Source: a bacterium
Lineage (GTDB): Bacteria; Patescibacteriota; Patescibacteriia; SG8-24
Length of the DNA: 64,000 bases
Direction of reading: 5' to 3'
NCBI GenBank assembly: GCA_021824285.1
Contig: JAKAKZ010000001.1
Span: 4,096 to 68,095 of the forward strand
The notes under the pieces are model-generated. The model ran no database searches, was not told where the DNA came from, and saw only the letters and a list, made by a program, of their open reading frames with translations. Positions 51,401 through 60,166 of this stretch are shown piece by piece (within the stretch, counting starts at the first letter, position 1; each line of letters begins with the position of its first letter). Both the position numbers and the translations under genes were made by a program.

Positions 51401-52316
51401 CGCAGGAATAGTCCGGGGTCGTGACGCAGGCGAAATCGGTCGACGGGGCCTTGGCATACGGGAACGGCAAGGTCGGCAGCGGCACGGCCTGGTACGGAGG
51501 ATTCTGGCCGCAAACGAAATTATCCCAGGTCTTTCCGCCCCAGTCCGGCGAGTTGAAACAATCGGGGTCGACGACGTCGATCAGGCCGTCGGCATCATTG
51601 TCGATACCGTCGGAGCAGGAGGTTTCCGGATTTTCGCACTTTCCCCCGCCGGGGGCATTCTTGCCCAGGCAGCTGGCCTCTTCGCAGTCCTTCTTGCCGT
51701 TGCCGTCATTGTCAAAGCCGTCACTGCAGGTGACATCATCGTTTTCGGCCGCGGCGCAGAAGGCCGCGTTGCCCGGACCGCCGAGCGTGCCGAGACGACG
51801 GTAGTTCTCGCCCGGCGACGGCAGGCAGTCCGCCACGTCAGCGCAGTCGATCAGCCCATCCAGGTCCGCGTCCTTCTGATCAGCGCACATCGCGTAATTG
51901 ACGTCTTCGCGCGTCGGGCAGGGGCCGCAGTTGCCGAACTTGTTGGCGCAGGAGGCGTCGGCGCAATCGGCGCTGCCGTTCTGGTCGTCATCGATGCCGT
52001 TGCTGCAGTAGTTATAACCGTTGACGAGATCCAACTCCCGATTGACGCACATGCGGCCGTCGGAAGAGAGCGCGCCGTAACATGCCGGATCCTCGCAGTT
52101 GGCCTTCCCGTTCCCGTCGTTGTCCACGGCGACGGAGACCCCGTTGACGATAGCGGTATCGAAACAGTAATCGTCGTTGATCACGCCGTCGACGATGTTC
52201 TCGGCGGAAAAGGTGCCCTGCGCGCGGGCCGTGGCCGCCACCAGAAACAGCGACGAGCAGCCGACGGCGAGAACCGCCATGCCGATGATGGTCCGAATGG
52301 GCGGAAATGGCTTCAT
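48438..52316 (-). CDS. Large secreted Cys-rich, Ca-binding-repeat surface protein
   Basis: Signal peptide; five C.DG.DND.DG..DC.D..C-like repeats; thrombospondin type-3-like DNC...NPDQ.D.D.NG.G.ACD; C....DC repeats. Confidence 0.8.
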   Translation of the reverse strand: MKPFPPIRTIIGMAVLAVGCSSLFLVAATARAQGTFSAENIVDGVINDDYCFDTAIVNGVSVAVDNDGNGKANCEDPACYGALSSDGRMCVNRELDLVNGYNYCSNGIDDDQNGSADCADASCANKFGNCGPCPTREDVNYAMCADQKDADLDGLIDCADVADCLPSPGENYRRLGTLGGPGNAAFCAAAENDDVTCSDGFDNDGNGKKDCEEASCLGKNAPGGGKCENPETSCSDGIDNDADGLIDVVDPDCFNSPDWGGKTWDNFVCGQNPPYQAVPLPTLPFPYAKAPSTDFACVTTPDYSCVEVPAFLPTDPAGYPLTAPGGFSSTLSARVYGTVHESVAGGSSYNDLVELVGTSSYAAVTFVIGDATTTDRYYPYADATCVLVGSGAGQFSFAAERGKAVQVFSTGSPVGPFDLRLQCPTPSSAAFATTYPYPISVVASHADGTREDGQVETTDPLHFFSTLYEAQKPTALAVQPEGMVGPVFRVPYGTSRRLRVIPDDNPKPPTLICRCATDINSDPTVFAGPNCVSQPFVFQLSGSYDVRSYIEDAAGNTSDLQNASLDVEVTPAISPATSDQFRLVPAAFVIQVNTGSGGTQFVPQQPLTPFFRRLRMRAKATATFISGTAFGNGACQGKIYDNNGGTALLDPAGNPLTWASGDSFPLVGIGNHAICDGNLTIPDLADGEYFMTLSVIDGAGNSGESNRQVFYVCNHLPAFGEPETVCSKADFDGDGAPEALYTKMFTRDASPQVCDNCSGIYNPDQSDFDANGIGNACDADVNLGRCELDRNTPCQNDDSRKVLTGLGDSQLCDPTTDPLCCTRPSNSDLNDKQQCLQDFPLAVLDPGSPDYMSKKIRCNDCCPAIRLEPHQTAPADLGVPDSYPAKSDPQYCSYSWGMCAVGGQICLSDFECGFCSVLKSGGPVGCRNAQDCIDQGLPDTTTCSREKGIGRCDLDRTASCRTNADCGENAPCLGSCWINSSISCSSNADCPAGDSCTSVNYCDRLIPPWLQSDLGNLYSAQRIGARKYPPRGRYNATYCISAKGSISNFRGELCAQGNRTDPKYRYATPVRTQGFQTVLGKLDLNGLKNGRYGEVVTFGSSAELDTAIANGPLGGKVYRYVPVGGAPDDLTVSAATALTILNGNDTASGAGTILVEGGNLIIATDIDYQNTPSSQSNIASLASVAWIVLAEPLDPLKGGNIYIDRRVTWAVGTFFADGKSGITSVYPSNQDIYRPLTVLGVMVAKVFHFDRLFQSLEQGAERVVYDGRAVANPPPGIGDFSKALPRFGGISQ

Positions 52317-53944
52317 GGCAGCTTCTTGAGCAGGTCTTCCGACGTGCAGCAGTACTCGCCCGACTGCGCGCCTGGCGCATAGCAATCGCCGTTACCGAAG
52401 TTCGCGCTGGCGCAATCACAGTCGAAATAGCCGTCGTTCGGGTCGTTGTACCGGCACCAGGTGCCGTCCGCCATGTTATTGCTGCTGGCCCCCTGAAAGG
52501 ACGGCTGATTGCTGCAGCAACGGTCGCCGCGGCGGTAGGAGCTGTCGCGGCAGTCTATGGGATTGCCGGAATTCTTCTGGCAGGTCAGCGGCGCCTGGGC
52601 GGGATTCATCGCGTAAGGAAGCCCGCGGCAAGTGCGGTCGGCCGCATCGATGTTGCCGTTGCCGTCGCCATCCAGACCGTCGTCGCAGTAGCCTTCGACC
52701 GAGAGACCGCGGCGCATCAGCAAGGTGTAGGCCACGTCGCCCGTAATGTCGCATTTCTTGACGTTGTTGAAATAGGCGCCAGCGTTCGATTCGAAGCAGC
52801 TTTCCGCCGCCTGCTGGTCGGCCAATGACCAGTCGTTGGAGTGCACATACACCGGCCAACGGCTGTCGACCTTATCGATGATGACCCGACAGTAATTGGT
52901 GCCGCCGGGATTGTGCACCTTGTCGCAGATTGCGTCCGCGCCGCAATCGGCATCGATGTTGCAGACCGTGCCGCGCCTCAACGGCGGCGAAGTGACGTAG
53001 CAGTAATTCATGTACCACAGCCCGCGGGGTCCGAGCGGGTCGCTCGACAGCAGATCGGTCGTAGCCTCGAAAAAGCCCGTGAGCGCCGGCGGCGAATTGT
53101 AGATGTTGTCGTCGGTAATCCGCCGGATGTATTTCTGCGTTGTCGGGGTCGTATCGATCTGACATTCCACTAAGGCGCCTTTCTGAGCCATGAAATTATC
53201 GAAGGAAACGCCAATCGTGTGCAGATGCGTGCCGGGTAGGGTCACTCCCGGACCAGGGACAGGCTCGTAGATGCCGAGCGGCCGATGGACGTTACCGACC
53301 TGCGACGGCAGCCAGGTGGTCTTCGCGTAAGCGCCGAATTCGATCCAGCCGAGCCCCGTGCCGTCGTTGTTACCGCTCCAGGCCCAGCGGCTTTCCGGAT
53401 GCGCGGCATCGATGAAAGTGCCGTCCGCCGTGTTCAAGCCGAGATAGAAATTGGCTGCGGCGCAGTCGTTGGCGTCCTTGTTCGCGCAGTTGAGCGAGAT
53501 CCAACCGTTGTTGCCTAGGCTGTGCACCCGCGCCCAACCCCAAATCTGGTTCCTCTTCGTCTGTCCGTTGCTATCGATGTAGACGCGACGGTATTGGGCG
53601 TACGGCGCCACGCCTTCTGGCGTAATGGCGGCCGGATCGCTGTCCAGACAGCTGGTGCCGAAACAAATCCAACCCATGGTTTCGGACCATGCCCAACCGT
53701 ACATATTCGCCAGATTCTTGTTGCCGGCCACGTCCTCAAACGTCACGCCGTAATCCGCCGTGGCGCAAGTTCCGGAGTCCACGCAATTCAGTGAGAGCCA
53801 GCCTGCCGTTCCGGACCACACCCAACCCTGGATATTATCGAAAGTGCCGGCGCGGGCCGGCGCTGCGGACATGAAAAGCAGGCCGGCAAAACAAGCCAGC
53901 GCCGCGAGAATGCTGCGTGTGACCGCGGAAAACCGATTCCGCAT
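52313..53944 (-). CDS. Secreted protein with four GW(A/V)WS...GWI repeats and a Cys-rich C-terminus
   Basis: Signal peptide ending in APARA; repeated Trp motifs; TATAAT just upstream supports the 53944 start. Confidence 0.78.
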   Translation of the reverse strand: MRNRFSAVTRSILAALACFAGLLFMSAAPARAGTFDNIQGWVWSGTAGWLSLNCVDSGTCATADYGVTFEDVAGNKNLANMYGWAWSETMGWICFGTSCLDSDPAAITPEGVAPYAQYRRVYIDSNGQTKRNQIWGWARVHSLGNNGWISLNCANKDANDCAAANFYLGLNTADGTFIDAAHPESRWAWSGNNDGTGLGWIEFGAYAKTTWLPSQVGNVHRPLGIYEPVPGPGVTLPGTHLHTIGVSFDNFMAQKGALVECQIDTTPTTQKYIRRITDDNIYNSPPALTGFFEATTDLLSSDPLGPRGLWYMNYCYVTSPPLRRGTVCNIDADCGADAICDKVHNPGGTNYCRVIIDKVDSRWPVYVHSNDWSLADQQAAESCFESNAGAYFNNVKKCDITGDVAYTLLMRRGLSVEGYCDDGLDGDGNGNIDAADRTCRGLPYAMNPAQAPLTCQKNSGNPIDCRDSSYRRGDRCCSNQPSFQGASSNNMADGTWCRYNDPNDGYFDCDCASANFGNGDCYAPGAQSGEYCCTSEDLLKKLP

Positions 53945-54004
53945 ATGACGCATCCTATTATACACGAAACCCCAGCTTGAGGCTGGGGATTAACTGCCGG
54001 GGCT

Positions 54005-54412
54005 TCATTCCGCCGCGTGGCGGTCAAGGGCTTGATTCACCAGGCGGTCGGCATCCTTGTTGTTCTCGCGCCGCACGTGGGTGAAAGTGACTTTGCGGAA
54101 CCCGAGCCGAAGATTATGGACACGCATGTACTGCTGGGCCAAACCGGGATCCTTCACGCGATATTGTCCGGCCAATTGCCGCACTACGAGTTCAGAATCC
54201 AGGTACACGTCGAGCTCATCGGCCCCCAGCTCTTTGGCATGCTCTAAGGCATCAATGACCGCCGCATATTCGGCGTGGTTATTGGTGGCGTGACCCAAAT
54301 AACGGCCATGTTCCTTAACCGGTCGGCCGTCGGTGTCCGTAATGTACACGCCGAGCGCGGCCGGACCTGGATTGCCGCGCGCGCCGCCGTCCGTGTGCGC
54401 TATCAGTTTCAT
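54005..54412 (-). CDS. rnhA: Ribonuclease HI
   Basis: TDGGARGNPGPA, TNNHAEY, DSELVVRQ, NKDADRLVN. Confidence 0.92.
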   Translation of the reverse strand: MKLIAHTDGGARGNPGPAALGVYITDTDGRPVKEHGRYLGHATNNHAEYAAVIDALEHAKELGADELDVYLDSELVVRQLAGQYRVKDPGLAQQYMRVHNLRLGFRKVTFTHVRRENNKDADRLVNQALDRHAAE

Positions 54413-56151
54413 ATTACGGGCTGCGCCAAGCGCAGATCTATGGCCTTAAGCTGAATCTCCTGACGGCCGTTCCAGACGTTGATGCCTAGTTCGACGACCA
54501 AATCGATATGGCTGCCAGGCACGATCGCCCTCGCCTTCTCTGCCAGATTGAAAGCGATGACCTTCGATTCGACCGCCACATCACCCCGGACGGCCAGACG
54601 GACATGACGTCCGTTCTGACCCACCGGCGTAGCCGAGGACATGACGAGGTCGCGCAAGAGGAACCGCGGCCGGGGATTGCCTTCGCCGTGCGGCTCGAAC
54701 TTCTGGAGCAGATGCACGAGATCCCAGGTCACCTGGGAAAGCCGGATTTCCGCGTCCGACTGCAGCACCGGACGCAGATCGCGTCCGGCCAGCTCGCGCC
54801 GCGCGTACTCCTCCACGATAGCGCAGAACTCGCGGAAATGCCCATCCCCATCCACGGTCATGCCGCAGGCCTGCGGATGGCCGCCGAAGCGCGTGAGGTG
54901 ACCCTTGGCCGCCTCGAGCGCGGCCACCAGGTTGAAGCCGGGTACGCCGCGGCCCGACCCGACGTAGCGCTCCCCTTCCCGGCCGAAAACCATGGCCGGC
55001 ACGCCGGTCTCGGAGGCGATCTTGCCGGCCACGAGGCCGACAAGGCCCGCCGACCAGCCGTCGCCCCAGACGATGCGAAGCGGCGTGTCCTGCGGCGCTG
55101 CGGCGAGCCGCGCTTGGGCCGCGCGCATGATCTCCTCGGTGCTGCGCTGACGGGCCAAATTTAAATCATTGAGTTTTTCCGCAAGTATCTTCGCGTCTTC
55201 GAGCGTCGGCGCCATGAGCGCGTCGAGCGCGTGCTGCGCGTGGTCCATGCGTGAGGCCGCGTTGATGCGCGGGCCGATGCCGAAACCGACGGAAACGGTG
55301 TCGATCGCGCCGGCGGCCAGGCCGGCGGTCTCCAGGATGCGCTGCAGGCCCGGGCGCCGGGTCTTGTTGAGCACGACCAGCCCGTATTTCTCGAGCGTCC
55401 GGTTCTCGCCCACGAGCGGCATCAGATCCGTGACCGTGGCGATCGCCACGAGATCCAGCAGCCATTTGTCGAAGCCGGCCGAGAACGGCTTGCCGCGCTC
55501 GGCCGCGTAGCGCATGAACCCGCAGGCCAGCTTGAAGGATACGCCGACCGCCGCCAGCTTACCGAACGGATAAGTCTCCCCCGGCACGAGCGGATGGATG
55601 AGGATGCATTCCGGCACCTGCGGCGGCACCTGATGGTGGTCAACCACGATCGTGTCGATGCCGCGCTCGGCCGCGAGCGCGATCTCGGGCGCGCAGCTGA
55701 TGCCGCAATCCACGGTGATCATGAGGTCGGTCTTACGGCCGGACAGGACCTCGACCGCCTCGCGGCTGACGCCGTAGCCCTCTTTCTCGCGGTGCGGGAT
55801 GTAACTGCCGATGCGCGACCGGTCGGCGCCCAGAAGGCGCGCGGCCTCGTGCAGCGTCGTGAGCAGTACCGCCGATCCGGTGACGCCGTCGGCGTCATAA
55901 TCGCCGTAAACGACGATATTCTCCCCATCGGTGAGCGCGCGCCAGATGCGGGCGCAGGCGGCCTCCATCTCGCGGAAAAGATAGGGATCATGAAGATCCC
56001 GGACGTAGTCGGGCTGCAGAAATGCCTCGACCTGATCCTTGGCCGTGATTCCGCGGCTCCACAGCAACTGAACCGCAACAGGGTGCAGCTCGGAAAAACG
56101 CTCGCGCATGTCCTGCGCTGGCGGATCGGCAAGAGTCCAACGGCGGTCCAT
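54409..56151 (-). CDS. recJ: Single-stranded DNA exonuclease RecJ
   Basis: YGDYDADG, TVDCG, VDHH, GPRINAASR, FGGHPQACG. Confidence 0.96.
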   Translation of the reverse strand: MDRRWTLADPPAQDMRERFSELHPVAVQLLWSRGITAKDQVEAFLQPDYVRDLHDPYLFREMEAACARIWRALTDGENIVVYGDYDADGVTGSAVLLTTLHEAARLLGADRSRIGSYIPHREKEGYGVSREAVEVLSGRKTDLMITVDCGISCAPEIALAAERGIDTIVVDHHQVPPQVPECILIHPLVPGETYPFGKLAAVGVSFKLACGFMRYAAERGKPFSAGFDKWLLDLVAIATVTDLMPLVGENRTLEKYGLVVLNKTRRPGLQRILETAGLAAGAIDTVSVGFGIGPRINAASRMDHAQHALDALMAPTLEDAKILAEKLNDLNLARQRSTEEIMRAAQARLAAAPQDTPLRIVWGDGWSAGLVGLVAGKIASETGVPAMVFGREGERYVGSGRGVPGFNLVAALEAAKGHLTRFGGHPQACGMTVDGDGHFREFCAIVEEYARRELAGRDLRPVLQSDAEIRLSQVTWDLVHLLQKFEPHGEGNPRPRFLLRDLVMSSATPVGQNGRHVRLAVRGDVAVESKVIAFNLAEKARAIVPGSHIDLVVELGINVWNGRQEIQLKAIDLRLAQPVI

Positions 56152-56174
56152 CGATTTACGGGTCCGGAAAGATT

Positions 56175-56224
56175 AAAGCTTAGGGCTTAAAGCTTCTGCT
56201 CTAAGCTCCCAGCTTCAAGCTTCA
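56175..56224. repeat. 7-nt-periodic inverted repeat upstream of recJ
   Basis: GCT at 56178/185/192 mirrored by AGC at 56204/211/218. Confidence 0.7.
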
Positions 56225-56347
56225 CTTATTCAAGTACGGCGCGACCATGCCGAAAACCATGGCCAGGGCGGAAAAACCGGTAAGCGTAATCCAAACGACC
56301 TTGCGGACCTGCCGGCGACGGATGCGGATATTACCGATTTTAGGCAT
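56222..56347 (-). CDS. 41-aa basic single-TM microprotein
   Basis: Hand-translated MPKIGNIRIRRRQVRKVVWITLTGFSALAMVFGMVAPYLNK; co-directional between lepA and recJ. Confidence 0.6.
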   Translation of the reverse strand: MPKIGNIRIRRRQVRKVVWITLTGFSALAMVFGMVAPYLNK

Positions 56348-56364
56348 AAATGCGGTTGAGTGTG

Positions 56365-56441
56365 ATGGCTTAAGGGTCGAAAGGTCGAAGGGACACGCGG
56401 CGGTGGCCTTTAAACCATTAAACCCCTACACCCTTAAACCG
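56365..56441. repeat. 8-nt-periodic inverted repeat
   Basis: GG(T) at 56367/375/383/391 mirrored by ACC at 56414/422/430/438. Confidence 0.65.
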
Positions 56442-56474
56442 AATACGATTGATATGTTATCACGGCCCAGAAAA

Positions 56475-58289
56475 TCAATCACGTTTCAGCACGGACAGGA
56501 AGGCCTCCGGCGGAATGTCCACCTTACCGCCCTTCATCATGCGCTTCTTGCCTTCCTTCTGCTTGTTGAGCAGTTTCTGCTTGCGGGTCCAGTCACCACC
56601 CGAAAGATAGCCGGTGACGTCCTTGCGGTACGGGGCGATGCGTTCCGAGGCCACGACCTTGCCGCCGAGAGCAGCCTGGATCTTCACCTCGAACTGCTGG
56701 CGCGGCAGGGTTTCCTTGAGCGATTCGCAGATCTTGCGGCCGATACGCTGGGCCGCATCGCGGTAAACGATGGTGGCGAAGGCCTCCACCGGTTCTTCCG
56801 CCACAAGGATGTCGAGCCGCGCCACGTCCGCCTCGCGGTAATCGAGGAACTCGTAGTTCAGCGAGGCATAGCCGGAGGAGACGCTCTTCAGCTTGTCGTA
56901 GAAATCCACCAGGATGGACGACAGCGGCATCTCGTAATGCAGGTAGACGCGGCTCGCACCCTCATCGGCGGTCAGGTATTCGGTGTTGCGGTAGAGCCCG
57001 CGCTTGTCCTGGACGAGCGCCATGATGTTGCCGAGGAAATCGCGCGGCGCGATAATGTCGGCGCGCACCCACGGCTCCTCGATGAACTCGATGCGGCTCG
57101 GGTCCGGCAGGTCCATGGGGCTCTTCACGGTAACTGTGGTCTGGTCGCTCTGGTGGACGCGGTAGGCCACGGATGGGACCGTGACCACGACCTCCAGACC
57201 GTATTCGCGGCGCAGGCGCTCCTGGACGATTTCGAGATGCAGGAGGCCGAGCATGCCACAGCGGAAGCCGAAGCCGAGCGCGGTGGAGTGCTCCGGCTCA
57301 AAGGAGAGCGCGGAATCGCTTAATTTCAATTTCAGCATCGCATCGCGCAGGCGCTCAAAGGCGTCGCCTTCCTTGGGGAAGATGCCGGCAAAGACCATGG
57401 GCATGATGTCCTTGTAGCCCTCGACCGGCTCCACTCCCCGTTCGCGCGCATCGGCCACGGTCAGCGTGTCGCCGACGCGGCACGCCGCGATCTCCTTGAG
57501 GCCGGAACAGACGTAGCCGATTTCGCCGGCGCGGAGCGAATCGGTGGGCTTGAATTTCGGCGTAAATATGCCGAGGTCGATGACCTCGCCGCGTGCCCTG
57601 GTGGCGAACAGCGATATCTTGTCATTTTTCTTCAACTCTCCGTCGACCACGCGCACGAAGGCGACCACGCCCTTGTAGGAATCGTACATGGAGTCGAAAA
57701 CCAGGCCGCGGAAAGGCCTTGCCGGGTCGCCCTGCGGCGGCGGCACCTTGGCGGCCACGGCCTCCAGGATGTCGGCGACGCCGGAACCGGTCTTGCCGGA
57801 GGCGAAGATAACTTCCTCCGGTGCGCAGCCGATGAGGTGCACGAGCTCCTCGCGAGCCTTTTCCGGTTCGGCGTTCGGCAGGTCGATCTTGTTGACCACG
57901 GGGATGATGGCCAGGTCCTGCTCAAGAGCCAGGTAAAGATTGCCGATGGTCTGCGCCTGTACGCCTTGGGTGGCGTCGACGAGCAGAATCGCGCCCTCGA
58001 CGGCCGCGAGCGAGCGCGAGACCTCGTAGGTAAAGTCCACGTGGCCCGGCGTGTCGATCAGGTTGAACTCGAAAGTCCGCCCGGCGCGGGTGGTGTAGCT
58101 CATGCGCACGGGCTGCAGCTTGATGGTGATGCCGCGCTCGCGCTCCAGGTCCATCTGGTCGAGCATCTGGTCCTTCATCTCGCGCTTGGAGACGGTTTTG
58201 GTGATCTCCAAAATGCGGTCCGCCAGCGTGGACTTGCCGTGGTCGATGTGCGCGATGATGCAGAAATTGCGGATGTCGTTCATTTCCAT
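56475..58289 (-). CDS. lepA: Elongation factor 4
   Basis: IRNFCIIAHIDHGKSTLADR, DTPGHVDF, GFRCGMLGLLH; start at 58289 or 58283. Confidence 0.98.
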   Translation of the reverse strand: MEMNDIRNFCIIAHIDHGKSTLADRILEITKTVSKREMKDQMLDQMDLERERGITIKLQPVRMSYTTRAGRTFEFNLIDTPGHVDFTYEVSRSLAAVEGAILLVDATQGVQAQTIGNLYLALEQDLAIIPVVNKIDLPNAEPEKAREELVHLIGCAPEEVIFASGKTGSGVADILEAVAAKVPPPQGDPARPFRGLVFDSMYDSYKGVVAFVRVVDGELKKNDKISLFATRARGEVIDLGIFTPKFKPTDSLRAGEIGYVCSGLKEIAACRVGDTLTVADARERGVEPVEGYKDIMPMVFAGIFPKEGDAFERLRDAMLKLKLSDSALSFEPEHSTALGFGFRCGMLGLLHLEIVQERLRREYGLEVVVTVPSVAYRVHQSDQTTVTVKSPMDLPDPSRIEFIEEPWVRADIIAPRDFLGNIMALVQDKRGLYRNTEYLTADEGASRVYLHYEMPLSSILVDFYDKLKSVSSGYASLNYEFLDYREADVARLDILVAEEPVEAFATIVYRDAAQRIGRKICESLKETLPRQQFEVKIQAALGGKVVASERIAPYRKDVTGYLSGGDWTRKQKLLNKQKEGKKRMMKGGKVDIPPEAFLSVLKRD

Positions 58290-58292
58290 ATC

Positions 58293-58370
58293 GGGAGTGG
58301 GGAGTGGGAAGTTTGGAGTGTGAAGGTATTGCTGGGGCGCTTCACGCTTCAAACTTCCCACTCCATACTT
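58293..58370. repeat. 7-nt-periodic inverted repeat filling the murJ-lepA gap
   Basis: AGT at 58296/303/310/317 mirrored by (G/A)CT at 58339/346/353/360/367. Confidence 0.8.
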
Positions 58371-60010
58371 TATTCGGCCACGATGGCCTCGCCTTCCTGG
58401 CCCAGCTCGGAACGCGGTCCGGGCGCGCCGCGACGGCGGTAGAGGGCCACGATGCGGCGGGCGTCTTCGGAACCGAGCAGGAGGGCCAAAGCGATGTAGG
58501 CCGCGATGCCCAGCGCGCCGGCCACCGCGCCCTGCGTGAAGATACCGACGAAGGTCTGCATGTTCACGACCGCGCCAAGAACCGTCTTGCCGAGCTGGAT
58601 GACCAGCGCCATGGCGACGCCGGCGACGCACATGACCGCGAGCGGACGCATGATGGCCGCCTCGCCGAGATTGCCGGTCCGCCGCCGCAGAAACGCCCAG
58701 AGCACGACCAGATTGAAGACGCTGCCGACGGAAAAGGCCAGGGCCAGACCCGGCGTGCCCATGCCGCGCGCGACGAGGACCGCGGCCAGCAGACGTTCCA
58801 GCACGACCGCGACAATGCCGGCGTAAAGCGGCGTCTTCACGTCATGATAGGCGAAGAAGGCACGGGTCACGAGCGGCAGGAGCGCCTGGGCGAAGAGGCT
58901 CAAGGTGAAATAGGCCAGAGCATCGGCCGTAGCGATGGTATCGCTCCAGTCGAAACGGCCGGTACCCAGAATGACGCGGACGATCTGGGCCCGGAGCAGC
59001 AGGAAGGCGACGGTCGCCGGAATGATCAGGAACATCACGGAGCGCACGGTCTTGGCGTAAGCGTCCACGAAGCCGGTCCGGTCGTATTTGGCCGCCAGCT
59101 CGGAAATCAGCGGGAAAGCGGCCACGGCGAAGGAGACGCCGATGATGCCGATGGGGAAACTCTGCAGGTTATTGGCCAGGTTGAAGACCGCGATGCCGCC
59201 CGCACCGACGGTCGAGGCGACGCCCGTGAGGATGGCAAGATTCAGCTGCGAGACGGCCAGACCGGCCGTGCGCGGCACCATCAGCCGCCAGATGTCGCGC
59301 AGGCCGGCGTCGCGCCAGTCCCAAATCGGCCGGTAACGGAAGCCGAGCGCCAGGCAGGCCAGGAGCTGGACGGCCATGTGCATGGCCGCGCCGAACACCA
59401 CGCCCCAGGCGGCCCCGGCCACGCCGAGACGCGGCACCAAGAAGACGATGCCGAAAATGATGCCGAAATTGTAGAGGATCGGCGCGAGCGCGTAAGTCAG
59501 GAACCGGCGCCGCACCTGCAGGACGCCGCCCAGGACGCCCGAGACGCCCAAGAGCACCGGCGACAGGAACATGACGCGCGTGAGACTGACGGTCAGCTCC
59601 CGGACATGGCCGCCGAAACCGGGAGCGATGTAGCGCGTGAGCCAGGGCGCGGCGGCGGCGCCGGCGACGGCCGCGACGACGAGCAGCGCGCCGAGCACCG
59701 TCAGGAGCAGCGAAGTCAGCCGGCTGGCTGATTCATTGAGCTTTTCTTCATGCGACTCGCGGGTCAGGACGCGCGTCAGCACCGGAATGAAGCCGGCCGT
59801 GATGGCGCCAAGGACGAAGAGGTTGTAGACCAGGTCCGGGATGCGGAAGGCGGCGTAATAGGCATCGAGCTCCGCGCCAGCGCCGAACGTGCCGGAGAGC
59901 ATCCGGTCGCGCAGGACGCCGACCGCACGGCTCGCGAGCGAAGCGACGCCCAAAAGAACCGCCGCGGCGGTGACGGTCGAGGACTTGGATTTGAGCAGGC
60001 GGCCGAGCAT
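58370..60010 (-). CDS. murJ: Lipid II flippase MurJ (MviN)
   Basis: SRAVGVLRD, DAYYAAFRIPD, RAFFA..D.KTP; TTGCCA-17-TATACT promoter upstream. Confidence 0.95.
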   Translation of the reverse strand: MLGRLLKSKSSTVTAAAVLLGVASLASRAVGVLRDRMLSGTFGAGAELDAYYAAFRIPDLVYNLFVLGAITAGFIPVLTRVLTRESHEEKLNESASRLTSLLLTVLGALLVVAAVAGAAAAPWLTRYIAPGFGGHVRELTVSLTRVMFLSPVLLGVSGVLGGVLQVRRRFLTYALAPILYNFGIIFGIVFLVPRLGVAGAAWGVVFGAAMHMAVQLLACLALGFRYRPIWDWRDAGLRDIWRLMVPRTAGLAVSQLNLAILTGVASTVGAGGIAVFNLANNLQSFPIGIIGVSFAVAAFPLISELAAKYDRTGFVDAYAKTVRSVMFLIIPATVAFLLLRAQIVRVILGTGRFDWSDTIATADALAYFTLSLFAQALLPLVTRAFFAYHDVKTPLYAGIVAVVLERLLAAVLVARGMGTPGLALAFSVGSVFNLVVLWAFLRRRTGNLGEAAIMRPLAVMCVAGVAMALVIQLGKTVLGAVVNMQTFVGIFTQGAVAGALGIAAYIALALLLGSEDARRIVALYRRRGAPGPRSELGQEGEAIVAE

Positions 60011-60166
60011 CTATTTAAACAGTCCGCCGATGGGCGGAAGCTGGTGCAGTATAAGCTTATTTTGGGCAACTGGCAAGCGGTAGGGTCGGCAGAATCGCGG
60101 AAGACAAACCAACCCGCTGGTCGGGCAGCAGGCCGGCAAAAAACCTCGAGCTCGCGGGCTGGGTCA

